DNA from: Pseudomonadota bacterium
GTDB taxonomy: Bacteria; Desulfobacterota; Binatia; Binatales; Binataceae
Assembly (NCBI GenBank): GCA_021323675.1
Contig: JAJPKP010000071.1
Coordinates: 64,969 to 128,968, forward strand
Length of the DNA stretch: 64,000 nucleotides
Direction: 5' to 3'
The notes under the pieces were generated by a model. The model did no database searches. It had not been told where the DNA came from and saw only the letters and a list, made by a program, of their open reading frames with translations. The position numbers and the translations under genes were made by a program. Position 1 is the first letter of the stretch; every line of letters starts with the position of its first letter. This document shows, in pieces, positions 55,844-64,000 of the stretch.

Positions 55844-57046
55844 CTAAACGATGCCTTCGGTCTTGAGGCGCTCCAGGTCGCTGGCGGTCATCCCGAGCAT
55901 CTCTCCGTACACTTCGCCGTTATGCTGCCCGAGCAGGGGCGCCGGCTTCACCTCGACCGGCGAATGTTCGAGCCGCACCGGGCATCCCGGCATCGTGAAC
56001 TCACCGCGCGCGGGATGGTTTACGGTAACGATCATGCCGCGTTCCCTGAGATGCGGATCATTGAGTAGCTCGACGCTGTCCAGCACCTTGCCGCAGGGCA
56101 CTCCCGCTTCGCCGAGAATCTTCATCACCTCGTGCTTGGTATGGCGGCCGGTCCATTCATTGATGATGGCGGTAAGCGCCTCGACGTTTTGATTGCGCGC
56201 ACGCGCGTCCTTGAATCGCTCATCATCGGCAAGTTGCGGCTGGCCCATCGCCTTGCAGAGGTTCTGCCACATCTCGGGAGTGGTGCAGAGAACAAAGACG
56301 TAATCGTTGTCGCCGCCGGGAGCACACTTGAAAATATCGCCGGGGCCGCCGCCGAGACGGTTTCCGGTGCGAGGGACCGGCTTATGGGTCACATAGGTGC
56401 CCATCATCGGAACGCGGCAGAAATTGAGCACCGCCTCCTGCATCGCGACCTCGACCTTCTGCCCCTTGCCGGTCTGCTGCCGTTGGATGTAGGCGGCGAG
56501 CACGCCGATCGCCGCATGCATCCCGGTCCCCGTGTCTCCGATAGTCGGGCCGGGTTTAAGGGGCGGAGTGCCCGGAAATCCGGTGAGCCCCATCGCGCCG
56601 CCGGATGCCTGCGCGATCATGTCGAAGCTCTTGTATGAGCTGTAGGGGCCGGTTGTTCCGAACCCTTTGATAGTCAGATAGATGAGGCGCGGGTTTATTT
56701 CGCGAAGGCGGTCGTAACCGAGGCCCAATCCTTCGAGAGTGCCAAGGGAGTAGTTCTCGCTCAGGATGTCGACTCGTTTCACCAGCTCCAGGAAGATTTC
56801 GCGGCCCTTGTCGCTCTTCAGGTTGAGCGTGATGCTGCGTTTGTTGGCGTTGAGCAGCATGAAGTAATAGGAATCGACGCCGGGCTTTTCGGTCAGAAGC
56901 CACCGCCCCTGCTCGCCCATCTTCGGCGACTCTACCTTGATGACGTTTGCGCCGAGCCACGCGAGCATCTCGGTGCACGAGGTGCCGGCTTCGAACTGCG
57001 TCAGGTCGAGGACCTTCACACCCGCCAGAGCTTTTTCCATCGTCAT
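55844..57046 (-). CDS. CoA transferase family III (formyl-CoA transferase Frc-like)
   Basis: Family-III CoA-transferase fold, alignable with Frc (VLDLTQFEAGTSCTEMLAWLGANVIKVE). Confidence 0.85.
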   Translation of the reverse strand: MTMEKALAGVKVLDLTQFEAGTSCTEMLAWLGANVIKVESPKMGEQGRWLLTEKPGVDSYYFMLLNANKRSITLNLKSDKGREIFLELVKRVDILSENYSLGTLEGLGLGYDRLREINPRLIYLTIKGFGTTGPYSSYKSFDMIAQASGGAMGLTGFPGTPPLKPGPTIGDTGTGMHAAIGVLAAYIQRQQTGKGQKVEVAMQEAVLNFCRVPMMGTYVTHKPVPRTGNRLGGGPGDIFKCAPGGDNDYVFVLCTTPEMWQNLCKAMGQPQLADDERFKDARARNQNVEALTAIINEWTGRHTKHEVMKILGEAGVPCGKVLDSVELLNDPHLRERGMIVTVNHPARGEFTMPGCPVRLEHSPVEVKPAPLLGQHNGEVYGEMLGMTASDLERLKTEGIV

Positions 57047-57184
57047 CCTCCGAGGGCGCGCATTTGGGGCAACTGATTGCGCCTGAGCCTTCTATCTAGC
57101 TCCCCACGCGCAACCTCGGCAAGCGACCGCTGTGTGGGTGCGTGCTATTTGGCGCTGTCGCGGGGTCTGATAAATTTTGATCGG

Positions 57185-57209
57185 GCGCGGAAACGTTCAG
57201 GTTCCGCGC
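57185..57209 (+). promoter_or_regulatory. hairpin occupying the ribosome-binding-site position of the RavA-like gene
   Basis: gcgcggaa-acgttcagg-ttccgcgc: an 8-bp stem ending 2 nt before ATG 57211. Confidence 0.25.
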
Positions 57210-57210
57210 G

Positions 57211-58350
57211 ATGCTCATGGCTTCAACCGCAATCGCCAAGCTGGGGCGCATCCGCGACGAGTTGAACCGGATGTTCCTCGAGCGCGCCGAATTGATTGAC
57301 GGCGCGCTCGCCGCGCTGCTCTCGCGCAGCCACGTTTTGCTGATCGGACCGCCGGGCACGGCCAAGTCGATGCTGGCGGAGGAGCTCTGCACCCGGATCG
57401 AAGGAGCCCGCTACTTTCAATGGCTGCTGACCCGCTTCAGCACTCCGGAAGAGCTGTTCGGTGCGGTCAGCCTGAAGGGGCTCGAGCAGGACGACTATCG
57501 GAGGGTCACGACGCACAAGCTGCCCGAGGCGCACATCGCCTTTCTGGATGAAATCTTCAAGGCGAACTCGTCGATCCTGAACGCGCTGCTGACGATCATC
57601 AACGAGCGCGTCTTTCACAACGGGCGCGAACGAACGCTCGTTCCTCTCATCACAATGTTCGGGGCATCGAACGAACTGCCGGACGAAGAGGAACTGACCG
57701 CGCTCTACGATCGATTCATGTTTCGCTTCATCACGGGCTACATCGCCGAAGATTTCCGGTTCCTGAAGATGCTGGAAGGAGTCGCGCCCGAGACCCGCAC
57801 CATGCTGACCTTTGCGGAGCTGAACGACCTGGCGGCCGGCGCGTCTTCGGTGAAGGTCCCCGGTTCGGTGCTGAATGAAATCGCCGAGCTGCGCCGCACC
57901 CTGGCTCGCGAGCAAATCGTGGTTTCGGACCGGCGATGGAAAAACGCGCTGGAGGTCCTGCGGGCGCACGCAACCATCTTTGGACGCGACACCGTCATCG
58001 AAGACGACCTGATGTTCCTCGAGCACGTGCTGTGGAAGGACCCCGAGGAACGGCCGAAAGTCACCGACATCCTGCGCCGGCTGGTAAGAGGATTCGAGGA
58101 AGAAGCGCGCGAGCTGCTAATCCAGAGCCAGGAACTGCGCGATTACGCGCAGCGTCCGTGGGAAAGCGAGGAATTGCGCAAACGCGCCCTGGTCGAGGCT
58201 CACACCAAAATCGCCAACATCCTCGTCAAATTCGAAACCCTGCTGCAGGAAGCCTCCGAAGCGGGCCGCACCATCGCCGGCGCGGAGGCGATGCGCTCAG
58301 AGGTGCGCGATATTCAGCAGGCGATGCTGCGCCGAGCGATGGGTTCATAG
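57211..58350 (+). CDS. RavA-like AAA+ ATPase (AAA_5), short form without LARA domain
   Basis: Matches E. coli RavA over the ATPase core (LLIGPPGTAKS, LLTRFSTPEELFG, VSDRRWKNALEVLRAHA), but is only 379 aa. Confidence 0.75.
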   Translation: MLMASTAIAKLGRIRDELNRMFLERAELIDGALAALLSRSHVLLIGPPGTAKSMLAEELCTRIEGARYFQWLLTRFSTPEELFGAVSLKGLEQDDYRRVTTHKLPEAHIAFLDEIFKANSSILNALLTIINERVFHNGRERTLVPLITMFGASNELPDEEELTALYDRFMFRFITGYIAEDFRFLKMLEGVAPETRTMLTFAELNDLAAGASSVKVPGSVLNEIAELRRTLAREQIVVSDRRWKNALEVLRAHATIFGRDTVIEDDLMFLEHVLWKDPEERPKVTDILRRLVRGFEEEARELLIQSQELRDYAQRPWESEELRKRALVEAHTKIANILVKFETLLQEASEAGRTIAGAEAMRSEVRDIQQAMLRRAMGS

Positions 58351-58355
58351 CGGCA

Positions 58356-59117
58356 ATGCCGGCGGAGGAAACCACTCCCGCGATCGTCCTGCGGGCGCGC
58401 GACTACGCGGAGTCCGACAGAATCGTTACGCTGCTGACCCGCGACTACGGCAAGCTCGGCGGAATCGGCAAAGGCGCGAAGGCCTCGCGCCATCGCTTCG
58501 AGCGAAAGCTCGAGCCGTTCTCGCACGTGATGCTGCATTTCCGGCGCCGTCCGCACGGCCAGCTCGTGTTCATCACCCGCGCCGAAGCCGCGGACCTCGC
58601 CCAGTTTCGCATCGAGGAGGACCTCGGGCGAATCGCGCTGGGCTCGTACATGCTCGAGCTGACGGACACTCTGACTGCGGAGGCGAGCGAGGCCAACGAT
58701 GCCTACCACAGTCTGAGCAGTGCGCTGGCGGCATTGTCTTCCGGATGCGCTGACGCGGCGCTCAGGCAGGCATTCGAGCTGCGCGCGCTGGGATGGGCTG
58801 GTTACGGGCTGGAGTTTGCGCGATGCCGCGTATGTTCGAACGTGGCGGACACCGATTCGGTGTACTTTGTCGCCGGACGCGGCGGAGTGGTGTGCGCGCG
58901 ATGCCACGACAGGGTCGCCGAAGGGGCTATTCGTCTGCGCGCCGAAAGCGCGGCGGCGCTGGCGAAGCTGGGCGCGATGCGAATCGACGAAGTCGGCGGC
59001 GCGACGCCTGCGGGCCCCGACGGCGCACTTGCCATCTCGCGGTTCTTGAATTCGATACTCGATCGAAAGCTCAGAACCGCCGAGTTCCTGGATTCGATTC
59101 TGAACGGCGCAGGCTGA
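58356..59117 (+). CDS. recO: DNA repair protein RecO
   Basis: RecO N-terminal OB fold and C-terminal Zn motif (CRVCS...CARCHD). Confidence 0.8.
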   Translation: MPAEETTPAIVLRARDYAESDRIVTLLTRDYGKLGGIGKGAKASRHRFERKLEPFSHVMLHFRRRPHGQLVFITRAEAADLAQFRIEEDLGRIALGSYMLELTDTLTAEASEANDAYHSLSSALAALSSGCADAALRQAFELRALGWAGYGLEFARCRVCSNVADTDSVYFVAGRGGVVCARCHDRVAEGAIRLRAESAAALAKLGAMRIDEVGGATPAGPDGALAISRFLNSILDRKLRTAEFLDSILNGAG

Positions 59118-59126
59118 CCGCCTTGT

Positions 59127-59630
59127 TCAGGCGAAGCGGTTCCTGAGCTTCTCTACGACCGCGGCATGACGCTCGCCGGCGGCGCTGAATTCGATGCGCC
59201 GGCTGTTGGCGCTGGAATAGCTGATTCGAACCGCGAGGAAGTCGATCTCTTCGGCCTCGCGCAGCCGTTCAAACCATTCAACCGCCGCAATCCCTTCCGA
59301 GAACAGGTACTCCCGCAGACCAAGGTCATCGAGGCTCGCGGTGTCGAGCCGGTACAAATCGATATGGAAGAGCTGCAGCCTGCCACGATGCTCCTGGATA
59401 AGGGTGAACGTCGGGCTCAGGATGTCCTCCTCGCGAAGCGACAGCCCCTGGGCGAGCCCCTTGATGAAGCAGGTTTTGCCCGCGCCGAGATCGCCAATCA
59501 GGCCGAGCAGTTCGCCGCCTTCGAGCAGAGAGGCAAGGCGCCTGCCCCACATCTTGGTCTCGTGAGCCGATCGGCTTTCGACGGTGAGCGCCTGTCGCGA
59601 GCCTGCGCGTTGATGCTGCGGGCTGGTCAT
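59127..59630 (-). CDS. tsaE: tRNA threonylcarbamoyladenosine biosynthesis ATPase TsaE
   Basis: Walker A motif LIGDLGAGKT. Start at ATG 59630. Confidence 0.75.
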   Translation of the reverse strand: MTSPQHQRAGSRQALTVESRSAHETKMWGRRLASLLEGGELLGLIGDLGAGKTCFIKGLAQGLSLREEDILSPTFTLIQEHRGRLQLFHIDLYRLDTASLDDLGLREYLFSEGIAAVEWFERLREAEEIDFLAVRISYSSANSRRIEFSAAGERHAAVVEKLRNRFA

Positions 59631-59634
59631 ATGG

Positions 59635-61218
59635 TTAGTGTAACGCGTCGCCGGCGGCGCGCCCACGGGTCACCGCTTCCATCGCGGCGGGTAGATCATC
59701 GATTACGTCGCCGGCCAGGTACCCCACCCTCCCCATCCGCGCCGCGACCCTGTCGGCCGCATAGCCATGCAGAAATACTCCCAGCGTCAGCGCTTCAAAC
59801 GGCGGCATACGGCGGGCCAGCAACGCGCCGACCATCCCCGACAGCGCATCGCCCATGCCCGGCGTCGCCATACCGGGGTTGCCGCTGGAGTTGATGCACA
59901 CGACGCCATTCGAATCGGCCATGACAGAGCGAGCGCCCTTGAGGAGGACGCATGCGCCGGTTTTGTCAGCCAGAGCTCGCGCGGCCGAGATTCGGTCGGC
60001 GTTGACCTCTGCCGTGCCGATCCTCAACAGACGCGCCATCTCGCCCGGATGCGGCGTCATGACCAAAGGGCCGCGCGCGGTGGCCGCCTTCTCGCATCCA
60101 ATGGATGCGAGCGCATTCAAGCCGTCGGCATCGATCAGCATCGGCCGGTCGAGTGCGACGCCTTCGGCGAGCAGCCAAGACAGGAGTTCCACCGTGTCGT
60201 CGTTCATGCCGACGCCAGGCCCGAAAACGATCGCGTCCATCCCTCCGATCAATTGTTTGAAGGCGCCCGGCGCCAGACCCCCGTGAAAATGCCCCTCGCG
60301 CTCTGCAATCGGCTCCGTCATCAGCTCCGCCTGCGCGGATGCGACGATAGGTTGGACGGAATCCGGAATCGCCGCCGTGACCAAACCTGCGCCGGTTCTG
60401 AGCGCGGCACGCGAAGCGAGAATGGCGGCGCCCGACTTGCCGCGGCTGCCCGCGATCACAATCGGATGGCCGTAGTTGCCCTTGTGGGAATTATCGCGCC
60501 GCACGCCGATCAGAGGCGCGGCTTCCGCCGATTCGAAGAACCGGCCGCGCGGCGCGATAAGCTCAATTGCCTGCGGCGCAAACCCGATATCGACCACCTT
60601 CAGATCGCCGCAAAACTCCCGGCCTGGGTAAGAAACGTGCCCGAATTTCGCGAAGCCGAAGGTCACCGTCCGGGCCGCGCGCACCGCCGCTCCCATAATC
60701 GCGCCGGTATCGGAGCTGACTCCGGATGCGATATCGACCGCGACCACCGGCACTGAACGTTCATTGATCATCGCGATCGCGCGAGCGGCGACGCCTCGCA
60801 CCGGGGCGTTCAGACCGGTGCCGAAGATCGCATCGATGATTGCGCCGGGGGCGGCGTCGAACGCCGCTTCGAGGTCGGATTCTTCGGGTGCCTGGATGAT
60901 TGTGCCGCCGGCACCGACGTATTCATCGTGCGCGCGCGCCGCGTCGCCTTTTAAGTCGGAGCCCCATGCCAGCAGAATTACGCGCGTCGGAACGTTTTGT
61001 TCCAGTAGGCGGCGGCCCGCTACCAGACCGTCGCCTCCGTTGTTCCCTTTGCCCGCGACTATCAGCACACCGGTTTCGGTGCAGGACGGACAGGACGCGA
61101 TTACGGTATCGGCGACGGCTTCACCGGCCCGTGTCATCAGGTCGTAAGAGTCGATGCCGAACTTTTGCTGGCTCAGGCGATCGAGTTCACGGCTTTCGGC
61201 TGCGTTAAGGAGGATCAT
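59635..61218 (-). CDS. nnr: bifunctional NAD(P)H-hydrate repair enzyme (epimerase/dehydratase)
   Basis: YjeF N-terminal and carbohydrate-kinase-like C-terminal domains. Start ATG 61218 with a GCGGAG Shine-Dalgarno. Confidence 0.85.
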   Translation of the reverse strand: MILLNAAESRELDRLSQQKFGIDSYDLMTRAGEAVADTVIASCPSCTETGVLIVAGKGNNGGDGLVAGRRLLEQNVPTRVILLAWGSDLKGDAARAHDEYVGAGGTIIQAPEESDLEAAFDAAPGAIIDAIFGTGLNAPVRGVAARAIAMINERSVPVVAVDIASGVSSDTGAIMGAAVRAARTVTFGFAKFGHVSYPGREFCGDLKVVDIGFAPQAIELIAPRGRFFESAEAAPLIGVRRDNSHKGNYGHPIVIAGSRGKSGAAILASRAALRTGAGLVTAAIPDSVQPIVASAQAELMTEPIAEREGHFHGGLAPGAFKQLIGGMDAIVFGPGVGMNDDTVELLSWLLAEGVALDRPMLIDADGLNALASIGCEKAATARGPLVMTPHPGEMARLLRIGTAEVNADRISAARALADKTGACVLLKGARSVMADSNGVVCINSSGNPGMATPGMGDALSGMVGALLARRMPPFEALTLGVFLHGYAADRVAARMGRVGYLAGDVIDDLPAAMEAVTRGRAAGDALH

Positions 61219-61360
61219 CGACGGACTCCGCACCCGAAAGAATGCTAGCAGACCGCCGCCAGGGCCGCATCGCGGATCGTCGGGGCAGCGAGGCGTGCAA
61301 AATTGCCGCCCTGAACACCCTCTGTTAGCTTCGGGGCAGGGTCATGCGGAGAATAGCTGG

Positions 61361-62107
61361 ATGGTCAAGCTGAGCGTCAACGTCAACAAAATAGCGGTGC
61401 TGCGCAACTCGCGCGGCGGCGAAATCCCCAGCGTGCTCAAGGCGGCACGCACGGCGATCGCGGCAGGATGCCACGGTATTACGGTTCATCCGCGGCCCGA
61501 CGCGCGCCACATCACGCGCCGCGACGTGCTTGAGCTGGCGGAAATGTTGACGGTCGAATTCAACATCGAGGGCTATCCGAGTCCCGAGTTCCTGGAGCTT
61601 GTATGCCAGGTGCGTCCTGCTCAATGCACTCTCGTTCCCGACCCGCCCGGAGTGCTCACGTCGAACGCCGGATGGGATCTGTCATCGGGCAAGGATTGGC
61701 TGCGCGATGTGCTCGCGCGGCTGCGCGACAACGGAATCCGCACCAGCCTTTTCGTCGAGGCCGATGTGCGCCAGATGCAGCCAGCGCGAAGGTTGGGAGC
61801 GGACCGAATCGAGCTGTTCACGGGTCCCTACGCGCACGCATTTGGAACGCCCGACGGCAAGCGCATCCTCGAGATGCATCGAGAGGCGGCGCGTGTGGCC
61901 CGCGAGGAAGGATTGGGCGTAAACGCCGGCCACGATCTGAACCTGCAAAATATTCCGTTGTACGTGAAGACCGTGAAGGGGCTGGCCGAAACCTCGATAG
62001 GACACGCGCTCATTTCGGATGCCCTGTACCTGGGCCTGACCAGAGCCGTTAAGGCCTACCTGAAGGCCCTCGGCTCGAAGCCGCGCATCGCCGCCAAGCG
62101 CAGGTAG
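61361..62107 (+). CDS. pdxJ: pyridoxine 5'-phosphate synthase
   Basis: LSVNVNKIAVLRNSRGG...GITVHPRPDARHI with PdxJ similarity throughout. Confidence 0.85.
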   Translation: MVKLSVNVNKIAVLRNSRGGEIPSVLKAARTAIAAGCHGITVHPRPDARHITRRDVLELAEMLTVEFNIEGYPSPEFLELVCQVRPAQCTLVPDPPGVLTSNAGWDLSSGKDWLRDVLARLRDNGIRTSLFVEADVRQMQPARRLGADRIELFTGPYAHAFGTPDGKRILEMHREAARVAREEGLGVNAGHDLNLQNIPLYVKTVKGLAETSIGHALISDALYLGLTRAVKAYLKALGSKPRIAAKRR

Positions 62108-62113
62108 GCCGGG

Positions 62114-63481
62114 TCAGGCGCCCAGATGCTTTCGGATGGCCGCGCCGATTTCCTTTGCGATCGCGCTGATCCTGCCGGCATCTTCGCCTTCGACCATCAC
62201 GCGAGCGAGCATTTCGGTGCCTGAATAGCGGACGAGCAGACGTCCCGTTCCGTTCAACTGCCGCTCGGCGGCCGTAATTGCGCGCTGGACGGCGGGAATC
62301 TCGGAGAGCGGGCGGCGCTCGCGGATTCTCACATTCTCAAGCACCTGCGGAACGCGCTGCATCGCACGAAGCTCGCTGAGCGGTCGTCCGCTTTCCGCCA
62401 TCACGGTGAGCACCAAAAGTGCCGTGATAAGCCCGTCGCCGGTGGTCGAATGATCCATGAAGATGACGTGGCCGGACTGCTCGCCGCCGAGGTTGTAGGA
62501 GTTGGTACGCATCTCGCGCGCGACGGCGGGGTCGCCCACATCGGTGCGCACCAGCCTGATTCCCGCGTTGCGCAGGGCGAGCTCGAGGCCGAAATTGCTC
62601 ATCACTGTCGCAACGACGGTTTTGGCGCTGAGCTTCCCTTCGGAAGCCATCCTGATTCCGAGCAACGCCATCACGTCATCGCCGTCGAACAACTCTCCTT
62701 TTTCATCGACCAGGATCGCGCGGTCTCCGTCACCATCGAGGGCGATACCGATATTGGCCCGCTCCTCGATAACCGCGCGCTGGACGTTTGTGGGATGGGT
62801 GGCGCCGCAGTTCAGATTGATGTTTTTGCCGTCGGGATCGACTCCGAGCGCGACCACATCCGCGCCGAGTTCATCCAGCGCTTCGGGGCCGACCTTGTAG
62901 CCGGCGCCGTTGGCGCAATCGATCACGACTTTCAGCCCGTCGAACATCACGGTTCGCGGCACGCACGCCTTCAGAAAGACCAGGTAGCGTCCGTGCGCAT
63001 CGTCGATGCGCGCCGCTTTGCCGAGGTCGCCCGCGGCGGCGCGATGCGCGGTCAGGGCGGTTTCGTCGAATACCAGCTCCTCGATGCGCGTTTCGGTGTC
63101 GTCATCGAGCTTGAACCCGTCGCGCGAGAAGAACTTGATTCCGTTGTCCTGAAAAGGATTGTGAGAAGCGGAAATGACAACGCCTGCATCGGCGCGCATG
63201 CTGCGGGTAAGGAACGCGATTGCAGGCGTGGGCAGCGGACCCACCAACCACACGTCTGAGCCCATCGAGCAGATCCCGGACTCCATCGCGGTTTCGAGCA
63301 TATAGCCCGACAGGCGCGTGTCCTTGCCGATCAGTATTTTGTGCCGGCGGCCGGAGGTATTGCGGAACACCACCGCCAGCGCGCGGCCGAGTTTCAGTGC
63401 GGTCTCGGGCGTGATCGGCTCGATATTGGCAACGCCGCGAACTCCGTCGGTACCAAAGAGCTTAGGACGTTTTTCCGTCAT
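62114..63481 (-). CDS. glmM: phosphoglucosamine mutase
   Basis: Active-site SASHNP and full GlmM similarity. Confidence 0.9.
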   Translation of the reverse strand: MTEKRPKLFGTDGVRGVANIEPITPETALKLGRALAVVFRNTSGRRHKILIGKDTRLSGYMLETAMESGICSMGSDVWLVGPLPTPAIAFLTRSMRADAGVVISASHNPFQDNGIKFFSRDGFKLDDDTETRIEELVFDETALTAHRAAAGDLGKAARIDDAHGRYLVFLKACVPRTVMFDGLKVVIDCANGAGYKVGPEALDELGADVVALGVDPDGKNINLNCGATHPTNVQRAVIEERANIGIALDGDGDRAILVDEKGELFDGDDVMALLGIRMASEGKLSAKTVVATVMSNFGLELALRNAGIRLVRTDVGDPAVAREMRTNSYNLGGEQSGHVIFMDHSTTGDGLITALLVLTVMAESGRPLSELRAMQRVPQVLENVRIRERRPLSEIPAVQRAITAAERQLNGTGRLLVRYSGTEMLARVMVEGEDAGRISAIAKEIGAAIRKHLGA

Positions 63482-64000
63482 TGGCGTCGGTTCGCTTCTC
63501 CCTGAAGATTCTGAGCCGCACCCGATCCGGCGACTGCTTCACCAACTGCGTCCCTTCCGGCAGGTCGACCTGAAGCGGCAGGTCGTGAGCACCCGGGTCG
63601 CCGTTTTTTGCATCCACAAAAACCAGACCTCTTGGGTCGAGCCCATCCAGCTTGCTGGCCGGACCGCGCAAAGTGATTGTCGCCTTCTGGGGCGACACGC
63701 GGAACTTGAAGTCCGTGTCCCGAACCTCGACCGGAACTCCCCTGAACTCACGATTAGCGATCACCTCCGCTATGTCCAGATGCACCTGGACGCGGCTGGC
63801 GCTTACGTGAACATTCGGGTCGGGACTCTGCAAGGCCAGCCGCGCATCCACATCCGCGGTCTCCCCCTTCAGTTCCAGCGGTTCGGTATCGATCTCCTGA
63901 AGGGCCATCACATACCGGCTCGGACCGCTCACTGACACGGTCGAGGGTTTCAGTTCGGTGCCCGCGATCTGGTACTTCGCGGCGGGCTGGCCTTCAATAT
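63462..64000 (-). CDS. YbbR-like domain protein (CdaR-type), 3' part; gene continues past window end
   Basis: YbbR repeat similarity. Typical position immediately upstream of glmM. Confidence 0.55.
   Translation of the reverse strand, partial: IEGQPAAKYQIAGTELKPSTVSVSGPSRYVMALQEIDTEPLELKGETADVDARLALQSPDPNVHVSASRVQVHLDIAEVIANREFRGVPVEVRDTDFKFRVSPQKATITLRGPASKLDGLDPRGLVFVDAKNGDPGAHDLPLQVDLPEGTQLVKQSPDRVRLRIFREKRTDANDGKTS

Noticed and set aside
57211-58350. Calling the RavA-like ATPase part of a phage-defence system
   Set aside because: No nuclease, VWA or other defence-associated partner is in the neighbourhood (recO and a CoA transferase flank it). It is kept only as an orphan ATPase observation.
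57936-59117. 393-aa version of recO extending back over the RavA-like gene
   Set aside because: This is an upstream in-frame run-on. RecO homology begins at ATG 58356, immediately after the RavA-like stop.
1-64000. CRISPR arrays, tRNA or rRNA genes, insertion sequences, integrases
   Set aside because: No direct-repeat/spacer periodicity, no cloverleaf-like GC-rich 75-90-nt blocks in the intergenic gaps, and no transposase-like or integrase-like translations were seen.

Overview
This is a high-GC (~65-68%) bacterial chromosomal segment of Gram-negative type: it carries ExbB/ExbD/TonB, a TonB-dependent receptor, an Omp85-family protein, other outer-membrane beta-barrels and a GT39 glycosyltransferase. 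It is densely packed with about 65 protein-coding genes. I recognised no rRNA, tRNA, CRISPR array, transposase or integrase.

Gene content, from start to end:
- CoA-thioester catabolism: three family-III CoA transferases, two acyl-CoA dehydrogenases, two luciferase-like (F420-type) oxidoreductases, a TPP enzyme and four SDRs.
- An ECF-type transporter operon (S component, fused ATPase, T component) co-transcribed with a deoxyhypusine-synthase homologue.
- A TetR-containing cluster with a stand-alone DhbE/EntE-like aryl-acid adenylase and two unrelated diiron-oxygenase scaffolds (PaaA-like and CADD/PqqC-like).
- Housekeeping genes: glyA, uppP, cobB-like sirtuin, bioB, recO, tsaE, nnr, pdxJ, glmM and a ybbR-like gene.
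- A colinear stress operon: Bcp/PrxQ peroxiredoxin, small secreted protein, XdhC, MocA-like protein, ECF sigma factor, zf-HC2 anti-sigma factor and a CpxP-like protein.
- A haem-binding (CxxCH) protein and an outer-membrane barrel, preceded by a Fur-box-like 25-bp perfect palindrome; the putative cupredoxin-like ORF between palindrome and CxxCH gene is weak.
- An ExbB-ExbD-TonB locus with a TonB-dependent receptor and a Fur-family regulator.

The strongest unusual signal is the peroxiredoxin. Its reading frame is interrupted by a single in-frame TGA exactly at the peroxidatic-cysteine position, and a SECIS-like hairpin follows 9 nt downstream. This makes it a candidate selenoprotein that ORF callers split in two.

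Many long ORFs in the six-frame track are antisense shadows typical of high-GC DNA, and I rejected them. Coordinates of start codons were re-derived by hand where an ATGA/TGATG overlap, a Shine-Dalgarno match or a signal peptide allowed it.
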